DNA of 63,423 bases, filler included, from Globobulimina sp. (GCA_003354225.1; 46 parts of 46 records of this genome joined end to end with filler, not necessarily neighbours in it), one strand, 5' to 3'. Shown: positions 1-12,500, numbered from the whole stretch's first letter. Notes: generated by a model not told the origin, from the letters alone. Numbers and translations are program-made.

Positions 1-374
1 AGTTTATAATAATATTTTTTCGGATTATTCCAGGATTCATTTATGTGTTTTTTGCGTCCATTTTTTCGGATTTTGTGGTAAAAATAGGGAGTTATTACAG
101 TTACAATGATTAATAATAATCTGCGTAAGATTGAGGGTGTAAATGCAGGTCTGATGCTGCAGTATTCTTCGCCTAATGTGGAGGTTGAAAATAATACCGT
201 TGGAACAAAATATAACAATTTTGCCAGTAAATCAATTTCATGTTCATATCGGGCACTGTATGGACCAAATATTTCTGATAAAATATTCAGTAGTTTTGAA
301 CGGATAGTTTGCATAAAAAATTCATCTTTTTGACATGCGCGTATTAATTCTGCTGAGCTTGCTTCTTGAAACAT
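1..374 (-). CDS. PEX10: Peroxin PEX10-like N-terminal region (3' partial; absent from the ORF track)
   Basis: Manual translation from the ATG at 374: MFQEASSAELIRACQKDEFF...LLYFVPTVLFSTSTLGEEYCSI. It carries the Pex10 IRAxQKD and TLGEEY motifs and stays open to the window edge. Confidence 0.85.
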   Translation of the reverse strand, partial: MFQEASSAELIRACQKDEFFMQTIRSKLLNILSEIFGPYSARYEHEIDLLAKLLYFVPTVLFSTSTLGEEYCSIRPAFTPSILRRLLLIIVTVITPYFYHKIRKNGRKKHINESWNNPKKYYYK

Positions 375-841
375 TTCAAGCTAACTGTAGTTTTAATTCG
401 AAACAAGCAAATCACACAAGTGGTGCTGAACGATCCTAACACAAACAAACCACAAGCAATCACATGTCTAGAAGTGATGGTATGCTTATTTTCGAAATTA
501 CATATCCTCACAGAACTTAGTTTTATACAGATAATAAAAATGAGGGAAAAAAAGAAGCATCATTTTCATTCATAGGTGGTCCACCGCCCATAAATAAGAA
601 TTGGTGCTGTCCAATCTGTCAAAACATATTTAGAAATCCAGTTTATTTAAACGGCAATAAAAATTTTACATTTTGTAAATATTGTATAGACAAATGGTGG
701 GAAAGATGTGATAATAACCATCAACGACGCACAAATCCCCTGACCAACATTCGAATTACTAAAGACTCTGCCAAATTACTTACACACAACATACAGTTAG
801 CAAAGGATATAAAACATTTTTTTACAAACGTTGCTGCAAAA

Positions 842-1282
842 ATGAATGATCCGCCACAGTATTGTTGCAATGAACGTTTGCCAAAACAATCAGCACAAGA
901 TGCACAAGATTTTTTTGAAAAACATTTATCTCATTTAAAACCAGAATATGAAACAATGGCAAGATGGTCTGAAAAGATCGCAGAAAGTTGGTATCGAGTA
1001 ATGTATACTGTTAATAGCTATATGTCTTCAACAGAAGATTCGTCGTCTGATTCGAAACAAGATTATCAACAAAGGATCGATAACTTAAAAGAACAGGCAT
1101 ACCAATCCATTGATATTATATTTGAAAGCGGACAGCAAGAACTTAACGATGCGGAATCAGAGGAAGACGCAGCTGCGGTCGTTCGACGATTACAAAGGAA
1201 TGTTGGATTTGAAACAAAAATATGGGAAGGAATTGTTGCAATGGCTAAAACAGTATGGAAAGGACTGAAATGGTGTTATGAA
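842..1282 (+). CDS. Hypothetical helical protein (3' partial)
   Basis: ATG-initiated ORF open to the contig end; no family recognised. Confidence 0.45.
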
Positions 1283-1382
1283 NNNNNNNNNNNNNNNNNN
1301 NNNNNNNNNNNNNNNNNNNNNNNNNNTTAATTAATTAANNNNNNNNNNNNNNNNNNNNNNNNNNNNNNNNNNNNNNNNNNNN
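1283..1382. other. Artificial contig spacer N44-TTAATTAATTAA-N44 (first of 45, recurring every 1380-1382 nt)
   Basis: Identical 100-nt block with stops in all six frames; the flanking segments fall in length from 1282 to 1280 bp. Confidence 0.99.
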
Positions 1383-2664
1383 TAAAATATGTAATAAATG
1401 GTTGAACCGTACCAACATTGCAATGTCGACAAACGCAAATCCATTCACAGGCGATCCGTCAAATAAAGTCTATCCAGACTGTAAATCAGCCGTCGTGTCA
1501 TCTGGACTGAAAGCAGGGGATACATTACTTTCTGGTGGATTTGGTATTTGTGGTATCCCATCCGGTTGTATTGAAGCTATTTATGATTTAGGGTATGATA
1601 AAATAAATAACCTCACTGTGGTTTCCAATAATTGTGGTATCGATGACTGGGGCAATGGCATATTATTAGGTAACAGTAACAACACAATTCTCTTTACCCC
1701 CTAGCTACAAAAACGCGTTTTCTCTGTTATACTCTATATAGGAAACAAGCAAATTAAACGTATGGTGAGTTCCTATGTTGGTGAAAACGCAATATTTGCT
1801 GAACAATATTTAAATGGTTCATTAGAAGTCGAGTTTGTGCCTCAAGGCACCTTAGCAGAGCGATTAAGAGCTGGCGGAGCGGGAATAGCTGCATTTTATA
1901 CGCCATCTGGATATGGCACATGGATACAGGAAGGAAACTGCCCCATTAAATACAAAGAAAAAGCACTACAAAGTGAGGAGAAGGGAGCAGATAATGTTGA
2001 GATAAAATCAGAGGCAAAACCAACACAAAGGTTTGTTAATAAATTAACCGGTGGTATTGGTAAAGATTATGTGTTGGAAGAGGCCATCGTCGGCGAGGTG
2101 GCCATTGTGAAAGCAAACCAATGTGACACATTTGGCAATTGCAAATGGAACGGATCGTCGAGGAATTTCAATCCTGAATGTGCAGAGGCCGGCAAATTCA
2201 CTATTGTTGAATGTGAAGAAATTGTGCCTTTAGGTATGTACTATGCGTGTAATATATTCATTGTATATGATATTGTGAGTTATGAGCAGGTTATCTTCGG
2301 CCAGAAGACATTCATTTAAGTGGAGCCTTTGTGGACGCCATCGTTCAGACAAAGTATCCAAAGCGAATTGAGCGAGTAACAAATTCGCCGCGCGTAAAAT
2401 CTGAGGATCAGATGGATTTTAGTAATATGGATGAACGGCAAAAGAAGAGATATCGTATAATTAAGCGGGCGGCGCAGGAGTTGAATGAAGGAATGGTGGT
2501 CAATTTGGGCATTGGAATGCCGACGTTGATTCCGAATTTTTTAGAGGAAAAGGTGTCGAGCAACATATGGTTACAGAGTGAAAATGGTATATTAGGCTGT
2601 GGACCGTATCCATATCCTGATGAAGAGCATGCGGATTTAATCAATGCAGGCAAAGAAACCGTGA
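1383..2664 (+). CDS. OXCT1: Succinyl-CoA:3-ketoacid CoA transferase (fused A+B, eukaryotic), partial; introns 1670-1741 and 2234-2289
   Basis: Motifs [43 protein letters not shown] and DLINAGKE. Removing the two GT-AG introns restores [14 protein letters not shown] and [13 protein letters not shown]. Confidence 0.95.
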
Positions 2665-2764
2665 NNNNNNNNNNNNNNNNNNNNNNNNNNNNNNNNNNNN
2701 NNNNNNNNTTAATTAATTAANNNNNNNNNNNNNNNNNNNNNNNNNNNNNNNNNNNNNNNNNNNN

Positions 2765-4046
2765 ATAATCAACGATTTATTGCTTGAATGTTTTAATATG
2801 TTGGCGGTCTCATTCATTTCAACCATAAATGTTGATTCATCGCGAAACAATGCATCATTTGAACCAAATCTGACAAAAATAGCATCAAACAGTGACAGAA
2901 CCATTTTGTTGCATGGTACATACAATCCACTTTGTGCCATAATAATTAATAGGGCAATTTGTCGCAAATAAGTACTTTTTCCACTCATATTTGCGCCACT
3001 TAACAAATATAATAAATTATTGCTTTTATTACTCATTAAACAATCATTTGCTTGAAATGATATCTCATCATTCACGTATTCCAAAATAGGATGTCGTCCC
3101 ATTGATATTTCCAAATATTCATCATTATCACTAATAAATTGGGGTCGAACATGATTTCTGTCCAGTGATATATTGCCAAATGAAGAGGCAATATCCAACT
3201 CACTTAAAATTATTCCAATATCATATAAATGACAGGAACTTAATGCTAAATCATTGATATATTCATTTATTATATTCCGTTGATGCTCTTTTAATAATTG
3301 ACCATATTCATTATATTTTATTTGCATTAAACTTAATTTTTCAGTTTTAAATCGATATAATGACTTATTGGATGATATTAATTGCAAATTATAAGTATGT
3401 GCAAACGATATCGCATCATTCGCACAATACGTCGGTGCAATACATATGCAATACCCATACATTTCATGTGTATAATCCAATTTTATCCGTTCAATTCTTG
3501 TTTCGTGTTTCAATTCTTTTAAAAGTAACAGCGCAGTTTCGGAGTGTATACTATTTTCATTCTTTAATGACAATAATTTTAATTTTACTTTATCAGAAAC
3601 ATCATTATCTGTCAGAAAACGTACGTTTTCTGCCCATTTTATTAATTTGCTATCCATTTTTTCACATTTAATTAATTTCGATTCGTTGATTGAATGACAA
3701 TCAATAATTTCATAAATATCTTGAATTAAAAATATATCGTTTGCCAATAATCGCAAAGTTCCAAGCTCACAAAACATCGATTTAAGTAATATATTTTGAT
3801 AATTTTTTTGAAAATCACCAATCAATTTTAATTTGTCAATGACTAATCCGCGCACATTGGCATTATCTCGAAAGTATTCAATAAAATCTAATCGTCTCTC
3901 AATCTCCGCAATATTCGTAATTGGCGACGACAGTCTTTGTTTTAACAATCTTTTCCCCATTTTCGTATTGGTTTTATCCAAGCAAAATAGTAATGATTTT
4001 GAGTAATTATTATCATATAAACAGTTGGTAATTTCTAATGCTTTTC
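2765..4046 (-). CDS. MutS-family mismatch repair ATPase (partial at both ends)
   Basis: LDKTNTKMGKRLL, GRHPILE, Walker A GANMSGKSTYLRQ and STFMVEM. Confidence 0.92.
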
Positions 4047-4287
4047 NNNNNNNNNNNNNNNNNNNNNNNNNNNNNNNNNNNNNNNNNNNNTTAATTAATT
4101 AANNNNNNNNNNNNNNNNNNNNNNNNNNNNNNNNNNNNNNNNNNNNTGTCTTGTCATTTCAGATATAAATTGGTTTTACTATGTGTGTGTCCCGGAGTTC
4201 AGTCTGGCCAGGCAGACTCAGAAATCCTCCGTAGCTAAAACTGCCGGACGATGTGCAGTGTAGTAGTGGTGAAGTTTTTAAAATTTT

Positions 4288-5428
4288 ATGTTCGCAATAA
4301 TGTCGACAGATTCCATACCTTCGATATTAGCTGACTTAAAAACTCAACACTATGACATCCAATGTAATTGTATTAGTCTCATTACAAAAATATTCTACAA
4401 AATTCTGAATCATCCTGAACAGCCAAGATTTTCTGATTTAAATTATCATAAAATATCATTAAAATTACAAACCTGTCCAACATCAATAAAAATATTATAC
4501 TTATCAGGCTTTGCCAAAATAGAAAAACAAGGCACCATGAGATTAATAAACAAAACAAAATTTAAAACACAAACAATCACAAACATATTAAAACAACTCA
4601 ATGAATATTCCGCACAAATTAATTACGAAAACGGTAAAAAAACATTATTAAAAACATTAACATATATTATTATAAACTGGTATCGAACAACAAAGAACAC
4701 AGAAACCATTCTATTTGATCAAAATATAACGCACATAACATGCAATTATCTAGATTTTGATAGAAAGTTTACAGACAGCACAGTATTTAAAACGGTACAT
4801 CCAATGACTAAATATCCCGAAATATTCACATCAATAAACGTAAATAAAAAATTAGAAATATTTCCATGGAATCCAGCTACAAAAAAAGGTGGCACGCTGC
4901 GTCTCATTTGTTATGGCGACCTCAGCTTGCAAGCAAACTGCGGAATTAATCTCACTGCGTGCGGTTATAAAGGCGGTGCTTCTCGAAAACAGGGAGAATC
5001 TTTCAATGGACTGGGTGCAAAATCGCAGAATCCAAACAATGGCGGGGGCGGTGGAGCTGCTTCGATGGGTATTTATATTGGTGGTGGTGGCGGAAGCTAT
5101 GGCAGCAACGGAGCAAATGGCACGATTCAAGTACACGGCTTTGAGGGTTATAATGGGTTTGCAGGGCAAGTGTATGGTGATAAAGAGATAAGTTTTTTGT
5201 ATATGGGATCTGGAGGAGGTGGTGGTGGAGGAATGGAGGGTCGAGGAGGGGATGGTGGCGGTGCTCTGTATATTAAATGTTATGGGTCGCTGATATTTGG
5301 GCAGAATAGTTATATTGTTGTAGATGGCCGATCATCTTATTTTGATGGTGGTAGTGGCTTAGGATGGGGTGGCGGACTAAGTGGCTGTGGCAGTGGTTCG
5401 GGTGGAAGTATTTACATCCAATGTGATC
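4288..5428 (+). CDS. PUB-like domain plus glycine-rich repeat protein (3' partial)
   Basis: KIFYKILNHPEQPRF...LYLSGF resembles a PUB domain; the C-terminal half has GGGG/GSGGG repeats. Confidence 0.6.
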
Positions 5429-5528
5429 NNNNNNNNNNNNNNNNNNNNNNNNNNNNNNNNNNNNNNNNNNNNTTAATTAATTAANNNNNNNNNNNNNNNN
5501 NNNNNNNNNNNNNNNNNNNNNNNNNNNN

Positions 5529-5561
5529 TTTTCCTCCTATTACAAAATTGTATACAATTTT
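5529..5561 (-). promoter_or_regulatory. 18-bp perfect palindrome AAAATTGTATACAATTTT followed by a Shine-Dalgarno-like AGGAGG
   Basis: Palindrome at 5544-5561; the minus strand then reads GTAATAGGAGGAAAA up to the contig end. Confidence 0.35.
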
Positions 5562-5714
5562 CCTAGCAGCCTAAACCGCCCACGCTCATACGCCATAGGA
5601 ACACGCCCAGACAGGCCTAACGGGGGTAAATCGAAGACACTTGATTGAATTGAATAATATTATTTTTGTTAAAAATCAAATATAATTCTGTACAAAGTAA
5701 TAGTAAATAACAGA

Positions 5715-6810
5715 TCAATTAGTAAAGTTTTGCATACTATCACAGTATGAGCCAATTTCATTTGCATTTATGTAGGGTATATTATCACAATCAATGTCAG
5801 GGTTTTTCCCCACACAATTCAAAAGGTAATAATTCGTTGATTCTGCTGGTTTTGTAATCTTTTGTACCACATAGTATTTTCCTCTTCTCTTAACTTCCAT
5901 TTCAGTAGCAACCGTTATGATATACTCTGTACCAACATTACCATGGAAACGTGTGATACATGTCAATGCTAATCCATTTCTTTTTGAACCCATTTCCCAA
6001 GCCCAACTGCTGTCACACTGTTTCATGTACCGAACCAAAATATTCCCCGTTTTAATGTCCAAGATATTGATCCAATATCCCTTAGCATGGGGAAACCGAA
6101 GGATTTCAAGTACCAAATTTGCATTATGATTGTCGATCCATTTATCCTTCCCAATTTCGGTTGACCAAGCATAAAAGTTGGATTTGGGTTCAACTATAAA
6201 AATGTGATTTCGTGTCAGTTCCAATGCACTAACTGTCCAGTTGCAATATCTTGAATAACAGCGTGCTCTCTCTATTTCCATAACTGGTTCACCACTCAAT
6301 GTTAATGCTCGTATCTTGTCTGAGCCTATATCCTCAACATTTCTGTGTCTGCGCCAATACAGTGTAATATTGCTCTTTTCACACTCGTACCCCCCTGTTC
6401 CATTTTCTATGCAGGTTTTTCCATAATCACAATCGTCCCAGATACCACACATACGTCTTCCATTTACAGGTGGATCATAATCCATTATTGAAGTAATATT
6501 GAGGTACATTGGCAAGTACCATTCGATTAATTGACTAGCGTTTATGTTGTATTTATCGAGTTTTCTAGAGGTAAACAACTCAACTATGGGTCTTAAACGC
6601 ATTTTAATGGGAACAGGTTCATTCATTTCTTGTTCTACCCATTTTTCTATATCACGATAGGGTTTGGAGCCCATACTGGATAAGTGGTCACGATACATAT
6701 ATTCGGAATCGATATTATGGCCAGATCCAGCATCTGTTCTGCAAGCATTATTTCTGGTGTTATATGACCTCCACAGGAAGCTTGAATGTTTTTTTGCGCA
6801 GTCTATAATT
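5715..6810 (-). CDS. Hypothetical Cys/Trp-rich protein, intronless (5' partial)
   Basis: Frame is open from the contig end to the stop at 5715; contains CGIWDDCDYGKTC; no family recognised. Confidence 0.6.
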
Positions 6811-6992
6811 NNNNNNNNNNNNNNNNNNNNNNNNNNNNNNNNNNNNNNNNNNNNTTAATTAATTAANNNNNNNNNNNNNNNNNNNNNNNNNNNNNNNNNN
6901 NNNNNNNNNNGTATTTTTTTGTTCTTTTTGTTTTTTTGTTCTGGCCATCAATGTTAGAAATTAAAGAAATAACTCGAAGTACTGTTTTATAA

Positions 6993-8192
6993 ATGTCAGC
7001 TTTGTTGTTTTTGATTCTGTTTCCTTCAGTATTTGGAGGAGATGAACAAGTAACGGTCACTGTGCAGTGGGATTCACAAATTGCGATCAGCAAAACAAGC
7101 AGCACATTTCAAGCATGTGTGAGTCCTCAAATGTCGACAATATCGCCCATACATGACAAAGTCTATGAAAGTTTGACAAAGAGTGATGCTGATTTTGTGA
7201 GATTATCATTTTATCAGTTATTCCCACAAATTAGTGTACCACGCATTTCTCCACCGTCAGATAAATATTATTGTCAACATTTAAATGGAAATTCAAACAA
7301 CAACAACTGGACATTATCTGTACAATGTCCTGATAACTATTCCCATTCAGTTATCAATGACATTCAGTTTGCATCATTTGGAAATCCATCCGGATATTGC
7401 GGCGATTTTAAACTTGGAACCTGTCATAACAACAATACATTAGCTACTGTTAAATCGTTATGTTTGAATAAACATAGTTGCGAAATACCTGTAAATAGTG
7501 TTACATTCGGATATGATCCATGTGTTAATGTCACTAAGTCGTTTGGCATTCAATTAACATGCAACATTACAGATTATCAATATAGTAATTGGAATTTAAG
7601 TGCATTTATGAACCAAATTGTTTCTGATTTCTACAATGCGACTCGTGGCAAAACCACAGTATTCAATATTGGAACTGTTCCAAACTATTATTATTCCAAT
7701 GTTAGCTATGGAGAAAATATAAATGATAATCCATTTGACACTTCACCTCAATACAGTTTTGCAGGAAGTGCAAATTCATTAACCTCCCAAGCTATTGATG
7801 ACATTGGCAAATACTATGCAAATATTATTTCATTTTATAAGAACGGTGTGTTTACAGACGAATATGGCAATAAATATCTGAGTAATTATTCCTTCCCAAT
7901 CAGATTAATTGAAATAACTAATGATGCGGACGAATATGTTTGTGACTCTGTTGAATTATATACAAAAATATACGATTCGGCAGTAGTAAATATTAAAAGT
8001 ATGGTGAATGATTCAGATCTGCAGTTTATGGGATTGTCGCTGACTCGACCACCATTTAACTATTCCTGGTTTGAATATTTTTTGAACAAAGATAACCACA
8101 TAAACAATGGCAAAGATATTCCAATCGACTCCATTTCATTCCATTTCTGGACAGATGTGGAGAATGTATCTGAGCCAGACTCCTTTTCTGTT
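6993..8192 (+). CDS. Secreted GH39-like glycoside hydrolase with an inserted SUEL/galactose-binding lectin domain (3' partial)
   Basis: Signal peptide; SPIHD...DFVR, EITND and IDSISFHF of a clan-A TIM barrel; lectin motif FASFGNPSGYCG...CLNKHSCEI...DPC at about 7315-7562. Confidence 0.7.
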
Positions 8193-8299
8193 NNNNNNNN
8201 NNNNNNNNNNNNNNNNNNNNNNNNNNNNNNNNNNNNTTAATTAATTAANNNNNNNNNNNNNNNNNNNNNNNNNNNNNNNNNNNNNNNNNNNNTATTATA

Positions 8300-8574
8300 C
8301 TAATTGTCAAAATCATTGTCGCTCAGTTTCTTTTCATAATCATTGTCGTTTTTTAGGAATTCCAGGACTTTTAGAACTTTGCGTCTGTACAGAAATGAAT
8401 TGCTGGGTTACAAAAACGTTATAAGGTAACAAATGCGTTGCTGATTGACAGAAAAACCTGCTCAAAACCTTGAGAAACGTTTCTATCTGCAGCGGGACAG
8501 ACGAATCGCAAAGTTCCAAAATCCCAAAAGTCTTTGGATCCTAAAACATGAACGACAATGATTATGAAAATATG
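8300..8574. mobile_element. MITE-like non-autonomous element with terminal inverted repeats, TA-flanked (Tc1/mariner type)
   Basis: Perfect 20-bp inverted repeat at 8331-8350 and 8551-8570 (TTTTCATAATCATTGTCGTT) that extends imperfectly inward; a second degenerate copy starts at 8300; TA at 8298-8299 and 8575-8576. Confidence 0.7.
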
Positions 8575-8802
8575 TATAAGTAACAAAAAAAATTCAAAAT
8601 GAATCCAATAAAACACCAAACAAATTGTAGGAAGTATAAAAATATGGAAATGAAAGAATTAATGCATAGAAAGTTTTTTTTTTGTTTTTTCAAAAATATC
8701 TCACAACCAAACAAAATTACAGCAAACACATCACAAACAGTCAAACAAAGAAAAAAAAAGTAATGTACAAAGTTTCTTTTAAAAATGCACAAAAAAAAAT
8801 AA

Positions 8803-9574
8803 TTAATCATGAAAATCATCTTTTGCAGTTCCATCAATTTTATCATTTGCATCTTCATCCTCCACAGCCTCACTTTTATCCGTTTTTTCTGTTTTTTCAG
8901 CAGTTTCATCAGCCACATTTTCGTCCTCTTCATATGTTGGTGGTGCTTCCTCTTTATCCGCCTCTTCTTTTTTCTCTTCTTCCACTACTTTATCCTCCAC
9001 CAATTCAATTTGAATTTTCGTCGTTTTCTCCGTTTCCGTTTTTTCAGCGCTAGTGGTTTCCGCTATGGCCGGTCCATCGGCTCCATCCTTATCCGTATCA
9101 TCATCGCCGCCCATTTGCACCACACCAAAAACAATGCCATCATCGCCACTCACATTCACAGCCACTGGGTTAGGGTCTAAATTGTTATATTTTCCCGTCG
9201 CATCAACCTTTTGTGTCATCCATTGCGGATACACCGCCACAATAAATACAACCAAAATCATACTTGAAAATATAAGAATACCCAAAGTCAAACATCCCCA
9301 CGGATAGCCACCATACGGATTCCACCGCTCCTCTCGCATAGTACCCACTAAGTTGACCATCAACACCGTCGGCAACCAATATTTAATGAGCAAGCCCCAC
9401 CAAATGCCAATGGAGCCATGATGCCACGATGCATAGAGCTCACCGCGCCAAGTATGTTTGGCATTTTTCCACGCTTCGTCGCCTAAACCATTCTCATTGA
9501 TAAAATCGCGTAAAACTTCGACATTCTCCCAACCCATAATATACCACAAAGTGGTAAAGAAAGACAAATTCTTG
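8803..9574 (-). CDS. SLC6/neurotransmitter:sodium symporter family transporter, C-terminal part
   Basis: WWGLLIKYWLP...YGGYPW C-terminal TM pattern followed by an acidic tail. Confidence 0.75.
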
Positions 9575-9984
9575 NNNNNNNNNNNNNNNNNNNNNNNNNN
9601 NNNNNNNNNNNNNNNNNNTTAATTAATTAANNNNNNNNNNNNNNNNNNNNNNNNNNNNNNNNNNNNNNNNNNNNGTACTGTGCTGGGTTTTGACCTTTCG
9701 TTGCCCATTCTTGACAAATTAGAGACAAATATTAAATTATAAATGAAAACATTGCATGAAATGAATTATAGTGGTACTTTAGAATTATAGGCGTGTTTGA
9801 ACAATTTAAAATCAATGGAGATTTACATGCAGTGCAAGGATAATGCGTTTCAAACAGTTCCTATTAAAATTCTAAAGTATAAAAGTAAGCCACTTTAAGT
9901 TAATTATGCATGAAAGATGAAAGAAATCATTTAAAAATACCACCAAAAAAAGAAAAGGAATATATTATATATAAAAATTAAAAA

Positions 9985-10725
9985 TCAGTCTTGATATTGA
10001 GTTGGCAAAAAGTTAGCACAAGGAATGATTGTGTTGCCGGGCGCATATTGAACCAGACAGCCATCACAGGATTGCTGTCCATTGCAAGCAATCTCGTTTA
10101 CATTGACATCCCCATCAATAATAAACAGTGCATTTTTACACGAAGCCGTTCCGCCACATTCAATTGTTTCAATTTCTACAGAAACACCATTCTGTTCATT
10201 ATTTATTTGAATTATTGCATCCATACATGATTCATCAGAATCACATTTATATCCTTTTATGACATTAGTCGAAGACCTCTGATTATCACTTAATACAATT
10301 TGTAACCAAAATGATTTACACGACGCACGGTCACTACATAGCAGTTCGAAATCGTTTTCAATATTTCTCAGTTGTTGTTGCAAATTGCTGCAAGCCGCAG
10401 TCCCCGAACATTCCACCTTCGCTAAGCCCGACATACACGACGATATCCCGCTGATTCCATCGCATGAATTCAATAACGACTCGCCGCATTTACAGTTTTC
10501 AAAACCAACACCTCCATCAAAGTCAAAGACAGCGTTGGTGCACGCACTCGGCGCCTCACATTCCAAGTTCTCAATTGTGACAAACTGATTGCCAGTGTTA
10601 TAAATTGCGAAATGCGCGCCAACACAACCAAAGTCACCACAGCCAATCCCCTTAAAAAAACTCACCCCATTACTTACCACTATTTCCAGTGTCAAACCAG
10701 AGCACGAATGAGGACCTACAGCCAA
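9985..10725 (-). CDS. Cysteine-rich repeat extracellular-type protein (5' part unresolved)
   Basis: Repeated CxxxxxC units (ECEAPSAC, ECSGTAAC, ECGGTASC, ACNGQQSC). Confidence 0.6.
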   Translation of the reverse strand: MAVGPHSCSGLTLEIVVSNGVSFFKGIGCGDFGCVGAHFAIYNTGNQFVTIENLECEAPSACTNAVFDFDGGVGFENCKCGESLLNSCDGISGISSCMSGLAKVECSGTAACSNLQQQLRNIENDFELLCSDRASCKSFWLQIVLSDNQRSSTNVIKGYKCDSDESCMDAIIQINNEQNGVSVEIETIECGGTASCKNALFIIDGDVNVNEIACNGQQSCDGCLVQYAPGNTIIPCANFLPTQYQD

Positions 10726-11056
10726 ATAAAAGCAACAAACTCAAACTGTGTCAAAATTGTTATATATCAAATCGACAAACCTGAACATTCCACACTGAAA
10801 TCCTCCATCGGATCAATCACCAAAATGTAAGCGTCTTTGCAAGCATTGACGCGGATGGTGGAGGAGAAATTGTGAAAATCCAAACTTTGTGGGGGAAAAC
10901 ATCGGGAACAACAATCAAACCAAAGTTCAAATCAAAAGAGTATCAGAACTTGATTTNNNNNNNNNNNNNNNNNNNNNNNNNNNNNNNNNNNNNNNNNNNN
11001 TTAATTAATTAANNNNNNNNNNNNNNNNNNNNNNNNNNNNNNNNNNNNNNNNNNNN

Positions 11057-11868
11057 AAGATTGGTTAGAAAATATTAATTTTACGTACCTTGAGCTGTAT
11101 TATGCTAAGTTTATAAAACGAAACTATAAAACACTTGCTTCCATAGCAACTATACTAAGTATTGATGAATTAACACAAATTGGTATTCAACCACAACATA
11201 CAACGGAGATAATAAATGAAATCCAAACATTGCAAACTCATTTCCAATCGATATATCATAGTAATCCTACAGATGCCAACAATTTAATTGATTTTCAGTC
11301 ACAGCAAACAATCAAAGAATGGTTGTCTGCGCCCGATATAAATCTGGTGCGATATTATCATAATTTTATCCAAAATGGATACTCAAAATTTGCTTTGATA
11401 TTATCCATACAAAATGAGCAGGAATTAAATGAAATTGGCATTAAAATACAATCACATTCACAAATAATAATGAAAAAAATCAAGGAATTGAATGAGTACG
11501 GACATAAATCACATAATAATACGGAGGAATGCGATGATATTGAATCTCCACAGGATATGCATAGGAATATGGCATCGAAGCTGACCACTTATAATTTGAA
11601 CCAACATTCACTAGCACTGCAACCTGAAAATGTGCAAAGTTTATCTGTAATATCAACAAATGGTGAATTGTTTCGAGTGGATGGCGATGTTACTGTGACG
11701 CGACCAAGTTGGAAATGTGAAAAATGTGGAAATTACAATTTTTGGAATAGAAAAAGGTGCCAATTATGTGCATCGTCGTTGAGACAGGACATTATTGAGG
11801 CTTTGAAATTATTATCACAAAGTAATCCAATATGGTTACCATCAAATTCAAGTGAACAGCAATTGTAA
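11057..11868 (+). CDS. Tandem SAM domains plus RanBP2-type zinc finger (5' partial)
   Basis: DWLENINF...ELTQIGI and EWLSAPDI...ELNEIGI SAM-like repeats; WKCEKCGNYNFWNRKRCQLC. Confidence 0.8.
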
Positions 11869-12500
11869 TATATCTAGCATTCATTCTTCTATTCATTGCT
11901 AATTATAACTGTAAATGCAACTAAACTGTAGAATACATTAAATTAATTTTTTTACAGAGTTTCCGAAATGTTTATCCAACGGAATATATCGTTCGTCGTT
12001 AAATGAGCAAGTTTTATTTCTTTCTCATGACAATCCTGATTTTTAATGCCATAGAGATGTATGATTTATAAAAAATTAGACTGGGATGCTTTTTATACTG
12101 AATTCTGGCAATTTGTTGTAATTTTTCATAGAAATAAGTCACAGATATAGTAATTAAGATAAAATCACAGTGAGATGATAACCAGATACAATAAGATCAC
12201 AGTCAGATCATCAAATCACACACATCACACAGATCGATAACTAGTTAATGGCAAATCACACAGATCGATAAAAAATCAAAGGGTGTGATGCTGATTAGTG
12301 GCATTAAACTAGTCATCAAATAATTGTTTTACAATAAANNNNNNNNNNNNNNNNNNNNNNNNNNNNNNNNNNNNNNNNNNNNTTAATTAATTAANNNNNN
12401 NNNNNNNNNNNNNNNNNNNNNNNNNNNNNNNNNNNNNNCAAACACGGAGAAAATATATAAATAATAATGATTTTTTACAGAAAATTAATATATATTTTGG

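Noticed and set aside
106..333. 75-aa plus-strand ORF
   Set aside because: Antisense to the PEX10-like frame.
1327..1338. Regularly spaced TTAATTAATTAA as a biological repeat or CRISPR-like array
   Set aside because: It is always embedded in N44 blocks and is an artificial six-frame stop linker. ORF ends reading X...LIN are artefacts of it.
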